This document shows positions 39,810 to 49,215 of a DNA stretch of 64,000 bases, piece after piece. Source of the DNA: an uncultured Planctomycetia bacterium (GTDB lineage Bacteria; Omnitrophota; Gorgyraeia; Tantalellales; Tantalellaceae); contig CAZNEE010000001.1 in assembly GCA_964572255.1 (NCBI GenBank), positions 331,587 through 395,586 of the forward strand. Reading direction: 5' to 3'. Under the pieces are notes generated by a model, which had not been told where the DNA came from, did not search any database, and worked only from the letters and a program-made list of their open reading frames with translations. The position numbers were made by a program, and so were the translations under genes. Every line of letters begins with the position of its first letter. Within the stretch, counting starts at the first letter, position 1.

Positions 39810-40927
39810 CAGCAGAGAGAGAGCTGTCCAGATCAAAAAGATATTCTGCTATAAAAACTTATTTTTATATCGCAGATCTTGTTATCACATTTGTCTTTCT
39901 CATAGCATTCCAGATCTTTGTATCAAGATCACTTCAACAGGCGGCGCAGACGGCTATGCCGAATTTCTACGCCGCCTGTTTTATTTACATGGCGGGTTTT
40001 TACTTCCTGATGTACCTGGTGGGATTTCCTCTTCACTTAGTTAGCTCTTTCCTCGTGGAACACCGCTTCGGATTATCCAACCAGAGCATATTTGCTTGGC
40101 TCGCGGACGAAGCGAAGTCCTTGGCGTTATCGTTAGGCCTTTGGGAATTATGTGTGATAATTTTTTATTTTGTTCTCCGCAATTTTCCGTCATCCTGGTG
40201 GATAATCGCGGCGGTGCTTTGGCTGGCTTTATCGGTAATAATCGCGCGTATGCTCCCGGTCTTATTAATACCCATATTCTATAAATATTCTCCCATTAAA
40301 AATGAGGATCTTAAGAGAAGGATATTGGATCTGGCCGCAAAATGCGGCATAAAACTTCTGGATGTGTGTCAGATAGATTTCAGCCGTAAAACAAAAAAAG
40401 CGAATGCCGCTTTGGTCGGGCTGGGCAAGACCCGAAAGGTCATACTTGCCGATACTCTTGTTAATGAGTTCGCTCCTGAAGAAGCTGAAAGTGTTGTCGC
40501 CCATGAATTTGCGCACAATGTCTACAAGCACATATGGCAGCTTCTGGCGTTTTCAACGGTTGTGACCATGTGCGGTTTTTTTCTTCTGTTCATCTTCGCG
40601 AATAAGGTCGTTATATCGACCGGCGCATCGGGCATCTGGGACCTGTACATCTTTCCGCTTCTCATGCTCCTTCTTGCGGTATTCAGCCTGGCCATACTGC
40701 CCGTGCAGAACTTTTTTTCGCGTTGCCTGGAAAGGCAGGCTGACAGGTACGCCATCGATGTTACCAAGAGGCCCGATGTATTTATATCTGTAATGCGCAA
40801 GCTTGCCGAGATGAATCTCGCGGAAATGGAGCCCTCGCTGCTCAAGAAGATATTCATGTACGATCACCCGCCTGTCGGCGAGAGGATAAAAATGGCGGAA
40901 AAGATAATAAATAAGCGAAATGGTTGA
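39806..40927 (+). CDS. Ste24/HtpX-like M48 zinc metalloprotease (CAAX-protease homologue)
   Basis: Multi-TM N-terminus, HEXXH (VAHEFAHNVYKH), C-terminal DHPPVGERI; start overlaps previous gene by 4 nt. Confidence 0.8.
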   Translation: MTAERELSRSKRYSAIKTYFYIADLVITFVFLIAFQIFVSRSLQQAAQTAMPNFYAACFIYMAGFYFLMYLVGFPLHLVSSFLVEHRFGLSNQSIFAWLADEAKSLALSLGLWELCVIIFYFVLRNFPSSWWIIAAVLWLALSVIIARMLPVLLIPIFYKYSPIKNEDLKRRILDLAAKCGIKLLDVCQIDFSRKTKKANAALVGLGKTRKVILADTLVNEFAPEEAESVVAHEFAHNVYKHIWQLLAFSTVVTMCGFFLLFIFANKVVISTGASGIWDLYIFPLLMLLLAVFSLAILPVQNFFSRCLERQADRYAIDVTKRPDVFISVMRKLAEMNLAEMEPSLLKKIFMYDHPPVGERIKMAEKIINKRNG

Positions 40928-40995
40928 ATGATTTGAGCAGGGCATAAGTGACCGAGTGAGCACGGTGTGCTGCGTTAAACAGTTTCCACGAGCGA

Positions 40996-41047
40996 GGGAA
41001 CTTCTGAGTCAAAATTCCTCGCGGGGGAATTTTGACGTCCCTGCGAG
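40996..41047. repeat. REP-related hairpin element (variant)
   Basis: Hairpin TCAAAATTCC/GGAATTTTGA flanked by ACTTCTGAGT ... GACGTCCCTG, the same termini as the REP copy at 62527-62570. Confidence 0.4.
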
Positions 41048-41091
41048 AAACATTCAATCGTTTTGCATGATTAAATATTTTTGAAGCAAGA

Positions 41092-41742
41092 ATGTCAGCA
41101 ATAAGGCGGAAGATAAACAGGATATATGATCTTCTCGAGGGGTATTTCGGGGACCTGGGATGGTGGCCGGCCGAATCGGAGTTTGAAGTGGTCATAGGGG
41201 CGATCCTTACGCAGAACACTTCATGGAAAAACGTGGAAAAAGCCATAGAGAAATTAAAGAAAAACGACCTGGTGGACCCGGCAAGCATCGAAAGAAAAAG
41301 CGTCTCGAATTTATCGAAATATATCAGATCGGCGGGATACCATCGCGTAAAAGCGGACAGATTAAAGGCGATAAGCCGGTTTGTCCTGGATGAATGCGGC
41401 GGGAAACTGGGAAGGCTCAAAAGAAGGAAGACATCGGTTCTAAGAGATAAGCTTCTCGAAGTCAGGGGAGTAGGACCGGAGACGGCGGATTCGATACTTC
41501 TTTATGCTTTAGAGATGCCGGTATTTGTTGTCGATGCATATACAAAACGTATTTTTTTACGGCACGGCCTCATAAACGGGGAAGCCAGGTATGAGGATGT
41601 TAAAACCCTTGTCGAAAAGAATTTTCCCCGCGAACATGAAAAACTGAACCAGTTCCATGCGCTATTGGTAGAAACCGCTAAAAAGTTCTGCAGGAAAAAA
41701 GAAGCAATATGTGATGGATGCCCATTAAAGGCTGTGCTATGA
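41092..41742 (+). CDS. endonuclease III-like HhH-GPD family DNA glycosylase
   Basis: HhH motif LLEVRGVGPETADSILLYAL, conserved Asp, C-terminal Cys cluster. Confidence 0.7.
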   Translation: MSAIRRKINRIYDLLEGYFGDLGWWPAESEFEVVIGAILTQNTSWKNVEKAIEKLKKNDLVDPASIERKSVSNLSKYIRSAGYHRVKADRLKAISRFVLDECGGKLGRLKRRKTSVLRDKLLEVRGVGPETADSILLYALEMPVFVVDAYTKRIFLRHGLINGEARYEDVKTLVEKNFPREHEKLNQFHALLVETAKKFCRKKEAICDGCPLKAVL

Positions 41743-41778
41743 ATGGGGTTAAATAAATAGGAAGGGCAATATAGAAGG

Positions 41779-42564
41779 ATGAAAGGTATAGATATAGAAA
41801 AGATCAAAAGAGTAGCAACAGAAGCAGCCATAGAAGCGGGCCTATATGCGATCGGACGCATGAACGAGCCCAGGGAGATATCATATAAAAGCGGCGCAAA
41901 TGATCTTGTCACGGATGTTGATAAAAAATGCGAAAGCATTATCATTGAACGGATAAAAAATAATTTTCCGTCACACTCGATACTTGCCGAGGAAAGCGGT
42001 GAGCATGACAAGGACAAGGAATGCTTCTGGGTCATAGACCCCCTGGACGGTACGACAAATTACGCGCATGGTTTTCCGGTATTCTGTATTTCAATAGCTT
42101 TCATGTTTGAAGGGGAGGAAAAATTCGGTGTGGTATATGATCCGAATCGCGACGAGTTTTTTACGGCGGAAAAAGGCAAGGGCGCGTTCCTCAACAACAG
42201 AGAGATACGCGTTTCGAAAACCAAAGACGTACAAAGTTCTTTGGTCGCGACCGGGTTTGCGTATAATGTTGAAGGAAAAGTCGCGAATTTGCCTTACTTG
42301 ACAAAAGTGCTGCAATTTTCACAAGCTGTCAGAAGAGCCGGATCCGCCGCGATAGATCTTTGCTATGTTGCGTGCGGCCGGTTTGATGGATTTTGGGAAT
42401 TCAAGCTGAAGCCATGGGATACGGCGGCCGCACAACTGATCGTAAAGGAGGCGGGAGGCAAAGTCACGTTATTAGACAACACGCCTTTTGATATATTTAC
42501 CGAAGAGATCGTTGCGACAAATGGGATAATTCATGAAGAGTTTATAAACAAGCTAACCTGTTAA
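41779..42564 (+). CDS. suhB: inositol monophosphatase family protein
   Basis: WVIDPLDGTTNYAHG and ...RRAGSAAIDL... motifs. Confidence 0.85.
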   Translation: MKGIDIEKIKRVATEAAIEAGLYAIGRMNEPREISYKSGANDLVTDVDKKCESIIIERIKNNFPSHSILAEESGEHDKDKECFWVIDPLDGTTNYAHGFPVFCISIAFMFEGEEKFGVVYDPNRDEFFTAEKGKGAFLNNREIRVSKTKDVQSSLVATGFAYNVEGKVANLPYLTKVLQFSQAVRRAGSAAIDLCYVACGRFDGFWEFKLKPWDTAAAQLIVKEAGGKVTLLDNTPFDIFTEEIVATNGIIHEEFINKLTC

Positions 42565-42694
42565 AATTAAAAAACTTACAATTTAAATATTTTACCTACT
42601 TCCACATTTCATACTTCTAACCAATAAATATTTACGCAAAAAAGAGGCAATTTTCCCAAAATGTTAAGGTTTAAAATAGTTGGATTTCTACGTA

Positions 42695-42723
42695 TTGACA
42701 AAAAATGTGACAAGATGTAGAAT
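42695..42723 (+). promoter_or_regulatory. sigma-70-like promoter TTGACA-17-TAGAAT
   Basis: Canonical spacing about 40 nt upstream of the GTG at 42763 with RBS GAGGAGG. Confidence 0.55.
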
Positions 42724-42762
42724 GTAAGCAGTATAAAAAGTTAAAATTATGAGGAGGTTGTC

Positions 42763-43137
42763 GTGAAATTCAAGACAATCATAGAGCTAATATGCGATGC
42801 GGCTGATAAAGACGATGCGATGAACATCGCAGGTGATTATTTACGAGGGGAAGAGGATTTTGGCGTCAGATCCATGCGATGCACGACTATTTCGCTAAGA
42901 ACCCAGCGTGTAATAAGATATACTGCTACAAGTCTTGTTGCATTACTATTTTTCTCAGTTCTCATTTGCCGTTTCATTTCGCAGGAAAAAGGTGCGGAGT
43001 TCTGCAGCCAAAGAAGTGTTGGCCTGGGCTCCACATACACTGTTGTGCCTGAATTGAAGACCGGAAATGATGAGGATTTCAAGGCGGATTGGGAAAAGAA
43101 AAAAGACGCGGCTGTATTGGAATATCTGAAAAAATAA
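42763..43137 (+). CDS. hypothetical protein
   Basis: 124 aa, GTG start after a strong RBS; followed by a terminator. Confidence 0.45.
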   Translation: MKFKTIIELICDAADKDDAMNIAGDYLRGEEDFGVRSMRCTTISLRTQRVIRYTATSLVALLFFSVLICRFISQEKGAEFCSQRSVGLGSTYTVVPELKTGNDEDFKADWEKKKDAAVLEYLKK

Positions 43138-43164
43138 TCAAGACTTTGCGCTTGGCAAATCATG

Positions 43165-43208
43165 GCGGGACGGCTCTTATTTTATAAGGGCGGTCCCGTT
43201 TTTTTTTG
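43165..43208 (+). terminator. rho-independent terminator
   Basis: GC stem CGGGAC...GTCCCG followed by T9. Confidence 0.6.
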
Positions 43209-43255
43209 TATTAAATTTTTATTTTTTGTGTATAATCAATTGAGGGAGATGATGC

Positions 43256-43771
43256 ATGAAAGAAAAGTACGAACATATCTTTAAAGGTAAGATCCTGGAT
43301 GTCTCTAAGAGGCTTAAAAAATTACCGAACGGTAAATATGCCTATCTTGAGGAAGTGAAACATCCCGGCGCTGCCATAATGGTTCCTTTTTTGGGCAAAA
43401 AAATAGTTCTTTTAAGGCAATACAGGGGCGTGATCGATAAATATTTATGGGAGCTTCCTGCAGGCAAGCTGGATCATGGTGAAACTCCGTATTCCTGCAT
43501 AAAGAGGGAAATAACGGAAGAAACAGGCTATAAGGTAAAGAATATTAAAAAGTTGGGGTACATTTATACTTCGCCCGGTTTTTGCGATGAAAAGATCCAT
43601 GTTTATAAGGCAGATTGTTCGGAGAAAACTGAAATAAACAGGGACGAAGATGAATTGATCAGGGTAAGTGTCCTCAGCAAACGGCAGATCATCGATATGT
43701 TCAAAAAAGGGCGAATAGTTGACTCCAAGACCATATCGGCATTGTCTTTTGCCGGCATACTTGACTTTTAA
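43256..43771 (+). CDS. NUDIX hydrolase (ADP-ribose pyrophosphatase-like)
   Basis: Nudix box GKLDHGETPYSCIKREITEETGY. Confidence 0.85.
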   Translation: MKEKYEHIFKGKILDVSKRLKKLPNGKYAYLEEVKHPGAAIMVPFLGKKIVLLRQYRGVIDKYLWELPAGKLDHGETPYSCIKREITEETGYKVKNIKKLGYIYTSPGFCDEKIHVYKADCSEKTEINRDEDELIRVSVLSKRQIIDMFKKGRIVDSKTISALSFAGILDF

Positions 43772-43819
43772 CAGGTTATGGGCTATACTCCAAGCTGTAA
43801 ATCGAAAAGGAGGGTGAAG

Positions 43820-44116
43820 ATGAAAAAGTTGGTCGCAATATTAATTATAGTTGCATTAGCGTTCACTCTGGGTATATGCAGAAGTTCTTTTGCTTCCACG
43901 AACGAACCTTTGAAAAACATCGGTAAGGGGCTCGACGATATGTTTTACGGTGATGTCGAAGTGCCCGACAACATGAATGAGACCGGCACAAAGGGGACTC
44001 CGGCTTATCCGGAATGTACGGATAAGACAAAGGATGGTGTTGGAAGAGGCATAGCCAAGGTGGTTGGCGGTCTTTGGCGGATAGCGACTTTCTGGTATCC
44101 AGAAGAAGGCAGTTAA
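43820..44116 (+). CDS. small lipoprotein, hypothetical
   Basis: Internal ATG after AAGGAGG; signal peptide with LGIC lipobox. Confidence 0.45.
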   Translation: MKKLVAILIIVALAFTLGICRSSFASTNEPLKNIGKGLDDMFYGDVEVPDNMNETGTKGTPAYPECTDKTKDGVGRGIAKVVGGLWRIATFWYPEEGS

Positions 44117-44141
44117 TTCTTTATTTTTTCACAATAAAAAA

Positions 44142-44172
44142 GGCGGCTTTAAAGAGCCGCCTTTTTTATTTG
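44142..44172. terminator. bidirectional rho-independent terminator
   Basis: Stem GGCGGCT/AGCCGCC flanked by an A-run upstream and T-run downstream, between convergent genes. Confidence 0.65.
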
Positions 44173-44182
44173 TAAGCTATTA

Positions 44183-45004
44183 TTAAGATATATCCTCAAC
44201 CGTTCTCAACGTTGCCGTTACCTTGCCGAAGGGTATCCGAACGACTCCATATAGGGGAAGCCGGTCTTTATCGGCAGAGAAGTACATCCAGCCTTTGCCT
44301 TTTTTGACTTCTTTGCCCTTGAGCAACGCATAAGGCCTGATCTTGAATGCGGGAAATGAACCGATTTCCGGCAGTTTGATCATGTCGATGCTTTCAACCT
44401 GCCCGTAAAGGTCATAGTTCTTTCCGTTCAAATTGACTATGATCTCTATCTTATCGCCCAGGCTTACCGGAAGCGTCATAAAATAACACATGGCGCTCAG
44501 GGGGTCCTGGACATTATCTTTTATGGGGTATCTATTAACGGAACCGTCGGTAAGATTCGTATAAATTGCTTCTCTTTCATCAAAATCATATTCCACTACA
44601 AGGTGTTTACGGTAATTGCCTTCTTTTCTGTCAGCTTCATACCGGCGGCTTGTCATATTCATAACATCCACATACGACGTATAGGTGTCCTCTACTCTGT
44701 AGATCTTTGATAAGAATTTATTGGATTCAGTGACAAGCACAACCTCATATACATCACGCTCCTTATATCGGATTATCCCCTTAACTTCGGTAACTATTCT
44801 CCCGACAGGGATACCGTTCCATGCGATGAGATAGATGAACCTTTTATTTGAATGGAATTCCGGAGGGGTCTTCATTGAAACGCTGACGTTTTCCTCGGAA
44901 AACTCGCCTGTCTTTTTTAATCTTTTCACTGAACCGGTATTCGCGCACCCCTGGCATAAACCTATCGCCAGAAGGAACGCTAATATAACCTGTATTTTTC
45001 TCAT
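44183..45004 (-). CDS. lipoprotein, hypothetical
   Basis: Signal peptide with LCQGC lipobox; 273 aa. Confidence 0.55.
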   Translation of the reverse strand: MRKIQVILAFLLAIGLCQGCANTGSVKRLKKTGEFSEENVSVSMKTPPEFHSNKRFIYLIAWNGIPVGRIVTEVKGIIRYKERDVYEVVLVTESNKFLSKIYRVEDTYTSYVDVMNMTSRRYEADRKEGNYRKHLVVEYDFDEREAIYTNLTDGSVNRYPIKDNVQDPLSAMCYFMTLPVSLGDKIEIIVNLNGKNYDLYGQVESIDMIKLPEIGSFPAFKIRPYALLKGKEVKKGKGWMYFSADKDRLPLYGVVRIPFGKVTATLRTVEDIS

Positions 45005-45110
45005 GATATTATATATAATTGTATTGTGCGGATAAGTTTTTTGACGGGATTATTTTATCAAATATGGGCAGCATTGTCCAAATATACTCTATTGAGATAT
45101 GTTAAATATA

Positions 45111-45185
45111 ATAGCGCAGTATGTTCCCGTACAGGGAGGATCCACACCGGGCGGAGGGGCCCTGGTAGGGAACATACTGTGCTAT
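45111..45185 (+). repeat. conserved-core hairpin element, copy H1
   Basis: 18-bp stem ATAGCGCAGTATGTTCCC/GGGAACATACTGTGCTAT (one G-T wobble) enclosing core GGGAGGATCCACACCGGGCGGAGGGGCCC; about 10 nt upstream of the nitroreductase ATG. Confidence 0.7.
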
Positions 45186-45195
45186 TTGGTTTAAG

Positions 45196-45738
45196 ATGGA
45201 ATTCATAGAATTGGCAAAGATGCGCAGAAGCGTACGTTCTTATCAAGATAAGAACATAAGGCATGAGGATCTCCTATCCTGCGTCGATGCCGCGCGTTAT
45301 GCGCCTTCGGCATGCAACACCCAGCCCTGGAAATTCATCATAGTTGATGACCCCGAAAAAAGAGGGGAAATGGCCGGGATCTTTAGGTCCAAAATGTATC
45401 AGATGAATTCTTTTGCGTCCGAAGCGGCCGCTTTTATCGTGATCATTTCTGAGAAACAAAATCTTCCGGCCTGGCTGGGAGGGAAGATAAAAAATACCGA
45501 TTTCAGGAGGATCGATGTCGGTATTGCCTGCGCCCATGTTGTGCTGCGGGCGGCTGAACTGGGTATAGGCACGTGCATTTTAGGATGGTTTGACGAAAAA
45601 AAGATCAAAGAGATACTTTCGATCCCGAGAAGGAAAAAGATCGAACTTGTTATATCCATGGGATATCCGGCTGAAACCGAATTCAGGGAAAGACGGCTTA
45701 AGGAAAAAGATGAGGTCTCATCAAGCAATAAGTATTAA
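45196..45738 (+). CDS. nitroreductase family protein
   Basis: RRSVRSY ... ARYAPSACNTQPWKFIIV signature. Confidence 0.85.
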   Translation: MEFIELAKMRRSVRSYQDKNIRHEDLLSCVDAARYAPSACNTQPWKFIIVDDPEKRGEMAGIFRSKMYQMNSFASEAAAFIVIISEKQNLPAWLGGKIKNTDFRRIDVGIACAHVVLRAAELGIGTCILGWFDEKKIKEILSIPRRKKIELVISMGYPAETEFRERRLKEKDEVSSSNKY

Positions 45739-45753
45739 AAGCAGAGTGCGCGC

Positions 45754-46512
45754 ATGAAAAATATGAGCAAAAAAGAATATTTTGTGTCTAAAAAGGTCGG
45801 CATGGCCATTAACCGTTATGATATGATCTCTGAAGGCGACAAAGTTCTGGTAGGCGTTTCGGGCGGCAAGGATAGTTTGACGCTTTTACGGGTTCTCGTG
45901 GAGAGGAAAAGATGGCTTCCGATAGACTATGAGGTTAAAGCCATACATGTTACTACTGATTATGACGAAAAGCCGAAGGTCAAAAAGAAGGTCCTCAAAG
46001 AATATTTTGAATCCATAGGGTGCGGATATGTATTCAAAGATATTGAAATAGCCGAAAAAAACAAACGTAAACGCGAAGACTGTTTCTGGTGTTCATGGAA
46101 CAGGCGCAAGGCGATCTTCCAGACGGCGGATGAATTAGGATTTAAAAAAATAGCGTTGGGACATCATAAAGATGACGTGGCCGAGACAATAATGATGAAC
46201 CTTATATATAACGGCGAGATCTCAGGTATAAATCCCGTGCAGAGGCTCTTTAACGGCAAGATCATTATTGTAAGGCCGCTTATTTTTTTGGAGGAAAAGG
46301 AGATCTTGGGATATGCCGGATCAGCAGGCATTCCGACGATAAAGGCCAGATGCCCCAGAGATAAAGATTCAAAACGAGCTGCTGTAAAAGATGTGATCTT
46401 GCGTCTTTCGAAAGATAACCCCGATATTAAGACCAATATCATTAAAGCGCCCAATAAGATAAAGGAAGAGTATATATCCGAAATAACAGAGGAAGAAAGT
46501 GCGTACATATAA
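45754..46512 (+). CDS. ttcA: TtcA-like PP-loop tRNA thiolation ATPase
   Basis: SGGKDS PP-loop and CxxC (CFWCSW) motifs. Confidence 0.8.
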   Translation: MKNMSKKEYFVSKKVGMAINRYDMISEGDKVLVGVSGGKDSLTLLRVLVERKRWLPIDYEVKAIHVTTDYDEKPKVKKKVLKEYFESIGCGYVFKDIEIAEKNKRKREDCFWCSWNRRKAIFQTADELGFKKIALGHHKDDVAETIMMNLIYNGEISGINPVQRLFNGKIIIVRPLIFLEEKEILGYAGSAGIPTIKARCPRDKDSKRAAVKDVILRLSKDNPDIKTNIIKAPNKIKEEYISEITEEESAYI

Positions 46513-47305
46513 GAAGCTGCTGATAATTTTATTTATATTGATTTTCCCGCCGGTTGCATGCGGTGTGATGAGTTATAATCCTGCTACCGAAGAGGAAGAG
46601 CTTATACTTATCCCGGCCGTGAAGGAAAAGAACATGGGCAGGAATATCCATAAACAAGTTCTTGAGAAGTTCGATCTTCCCGTGGATCCTCTCATGCAGG
46701 AGAGGATCGAAAAAATAGGGAAAAAACTGGCTAAGGGTACGGACAGGAGGGATCTGGTTTACCGTTTCACGGTATTGAATCACGAGAAGGACGAATTCTA
46801 CAATGCTTTCGCGGTACCCGGGGGATATATCTATATTTTTGATGACATGGTGGAAATGCTGGGAACAGACGATAAAGTAGCTGCCGTCCTGGCGCATGAG
46901 ATGGGACACATCGAGGCAAAGCATTCTGTTAAGCGTCTGCAGGGGTCGCTCGGGGTAACTGCTCTCATGCTGCTCGGAGCGCAAATGCGGACCGACAGAA
47001 AGACTCTCAATACCGCGAACAGCGCCATAGGGCATTTAATGTCGGCTTATTCGCGTCATGATGAATTCCAGGCTGATGAATTATCCATAAGATACATGGA
47101 AAGAGCGGGGTATGATACAAATGGAGCGTTGCAAGCCCTCGAGACCCTGAAGAAACTCAGGAAAAAGGGCCCGCGGATGCGGTATGTTGTTTACAGAAGT
47201 CATCCTTATGTATCCGAGCGCATGGCTAACTTAAAGAAGGTCATTAACGGGCAAGTCGATTTTGATTCATATATAAATATCACTTCTGATAAAGATGGGT
47301 TTTAA
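46499..47305 (+). CDS. M48 family zinc metalloprotease (periplasmic, BepA-like core)
   Basis: Signal peptide; HEMGH...E zincin motif (LAHEMGHIEAKH). Confidence 0.8.
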   Translation: MRTYKKLLIILFILIFPPVACGVMSYNPATEEEELILIPAVKEKNMGRNIHKQVLEKFDLPVDPLMQERIEKIGKKLAKGTDRRDLVYRFTVLNHEKDEFYNAFAVPGGYIYIFDDMVEMLGTDDKVAAVLAHEMGHIEAKHSVKRLQGSLGVTALMLLGAQMRTDRKTLNTANSAIGHLMSAYSRHDEFQADELSIRYMERAGYDTNGALQALETLKKLRKKGPRMRYVVYRSHPYVSERMANLKKVINGQVDFDSYINITSDKDGF

Positions 47306-47385
47306 AAGAATACGATCTCTTGCCATATTGGCACACTTTCATTATAATACATCATGTCTTTTTGAAAGTTGAAAGGGGATGTGTG

Positions 47386-47862
47386 ATGAAAAAGATCGCT
47401 ATAATATATTATACAAGGTCAGGCAATACGGAAGAGATGGCACGTCTTATACAAGAGGGCGTTAAGTCCGGAAAAGACATAGAGGTCGATGTACGGAATG
47501 TGGAGGACTTTCCCGTGGATAAGGTCCCGGATTATGACGGCCTGATCATAGGATCACCTACTTATTACGGTTCCATGGCCGGAGAGATCAAAAAATTTCT
47601 TGACCAGACCGTTAAATTTCACGGACAGCTTGACGGAAAGGTCGGCGCGGCTTTTACTTCCGCTCATAATATAGGCGGAGGAAATGAGACGACTATTACG
47701 GATATATTAAATGCCTTGCTTATACACGGCATGGTCATACAGGGCAACCCGAATGGCGATCATTACGGGCCGGTTTCCATTGATAAGCCCGATTCACGTG
47801 TGAAAGGGCAGTGTAACGAGCTCGGCAGAAGAGTTGCCGCGCTGGTCAAAAAGGTAACATAA
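47386..47862 (+). CDS. flavodoxin
   Basis: MKKIAIIYYTRSGNTEEMA FMN-binding loop; start moved to the ATG after GAAAGGGGA. Confidence 0.85.
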   Translation: MKKIAIIYYTRSGNTEEMARLIQEGVKSGKDIEVDVRNVEDFPVDKVPDYDGLIIGSPTYYGSMAGEIKKFLDQTVKFHGQLDGKVGAAFTSAHNIGGGNETTITDILNALLIHGMVIQGNPNGDHYGPVSIDKPDSRVKGQCNELGRRVAALVKKVT

Positions 47863-47883
47863 TTAAAATAGAAGGAGCAGATC

Positions 47884-49215
47884 TTGGACAGCAAGAAAAT
47901 ATTCGTTCTTGATACAAATGTGATTTTGCATAATCCGGAGTCGCTTGTTTCTTTTGCCGACAATACGGTCCTTCTTCCGATAGAAGTGCTTGAGGAGCTG
48001 GATACTTTCAAGAGGAGCCATGATGAGAGAGGCAGGAACGCGAGAATTGCCATTCGCATGCTTGATGACTTGCGCCAGAAAGGTCAGCCGGGAGAAGGAT
48101 TCCCTCTGGAAAACGGCGGCATCCTTAAAATAGTTACGGGCATCAGTCCCGGAGAACTTTCAAAGCTCGGACTTTCAGAAAGTGTGATGGATAACAAGAT
48201 ACTTATAAGGGCATATTTGTTAAAGGAGCAGGGGGAAGAGGTAATATTTGTATCCAAGGACATAAACGCGAGAGTCAAAGCGGATGCGTTGGGGATAACC
48301 TGCAGGGACTATGAGAAACAGAAGGTTGATTTTGAACATCTGTACAGCGGTTGGCGGACTTTGGAGCTGTCAAAGAAAGAGCTGGATTCGTTTTACAAGA
48401 AAAAAGAACATAAGGTCAAAAAAGAGCAATTTTTCCCCAATGAATTCGCTCTCATGGTGGATAGAGAAGAACCGAAGCATACGGCCATTGCAAGATATAA
48501 AGAAGAGTTCGGGATACTCATGCCGCTTATTCACAGCAAAGCCAGACAAGTCATGTCCATACGCCCCAGAAATAAGGAACAGGCCATGGGGATGGAACTT
48601 CTCTTGAATGATGATATAGATCTCGTGACGCTTGTGGGTTGCGCGGGCACGGGAAAGACCCTTTTTGCCATAGCCGCGGGGCTTCATAAAGTCATAAACG
48701 ACCATTCGTATACCCGTCTTTTAGTATCGCGGCCCGTCATGCCTCTTGGCAAGGACATAGGTTACTTGCCGGGCACAAAAGAGGAGAAGCTGGAAAGCTG
48801 GATGGGCCCTATATTCGATAACCTTGAATATATCCTGCTTGCGGATAAAAAGGATAAGGAGCTCAAGGGCAAAGCAAAGACCCTTATCGATAAATACATG
48901 CGGGAGGACATCATCGAACTTGAAGCGATGACCTTTATGAGGGGGAGGAGTATCCCCAATACGTTCATAGTTATTGATGAAGCCCAGAATCTGACGCCCC
49001 ATGAGATCAAAACTGTAATAAGCCGGGCAGGCAACAATACCAAGATGGTCCTTACGGGTGACCCGTACCAGATCGATAACCCTTATCTTGATTCTTCAAG
49101 TAACGGCCTTACCTATTGCGTTGAGAAGATGAAGGGGCAGAAGATGTTCGGGCACATGACGCTTACAAAAAACGAGAGAAGTTCTCTTGCCTCTCTTGCC
49201 GCGGAGCTGTTGTAA
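47884..49215 (+). CDS. PIN-domain/PhoH-like ATPase (YlaK-like)
   Basis: N-terminal PIN (VLDTNVILHNPESL), C-terminal PhoH ATPase (GCAGTGKTLFA); TTG start after GAAGGAG. Confidence 0.85.
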   Translation: MDSKKIFVLDTNVILHNPESLVSFADNTVLLPIEVLEELDTFKRSHDERGRNARIAIRMLDDLRQKGQPGEGFPLENGGILKIVTGISPGELSKLGLSESVMDNKILIRAYLLKEQGEEVIFVSKDINARVKADALGITCRDYEKQKVDFEHLYSGWRTLELSKKELDSFYKKKEHKVKKEQFFPNEFALMVDREEPKHTAIARYKEEFGILMPLIHSKARQVMSIRPRNKEQAMGMELLLNDDIDLVTLVGCAGTGKTLFAIAAGLHKVINDHSYTRLLVSRPVMPLGKDIGYLPGTKEEKLESWMGPIFDNLEYILLADKKDKELKGKAKTLIDKYMREDIIELEAMTFMRGRSIPNTFIVIDEAQNLTPHEIKTVISRAGNNTKMVLTGDPYQIDNPYLDSSSNGLTYCVEKMKGQKMFGHMTLTKNERSSLASLAAELL

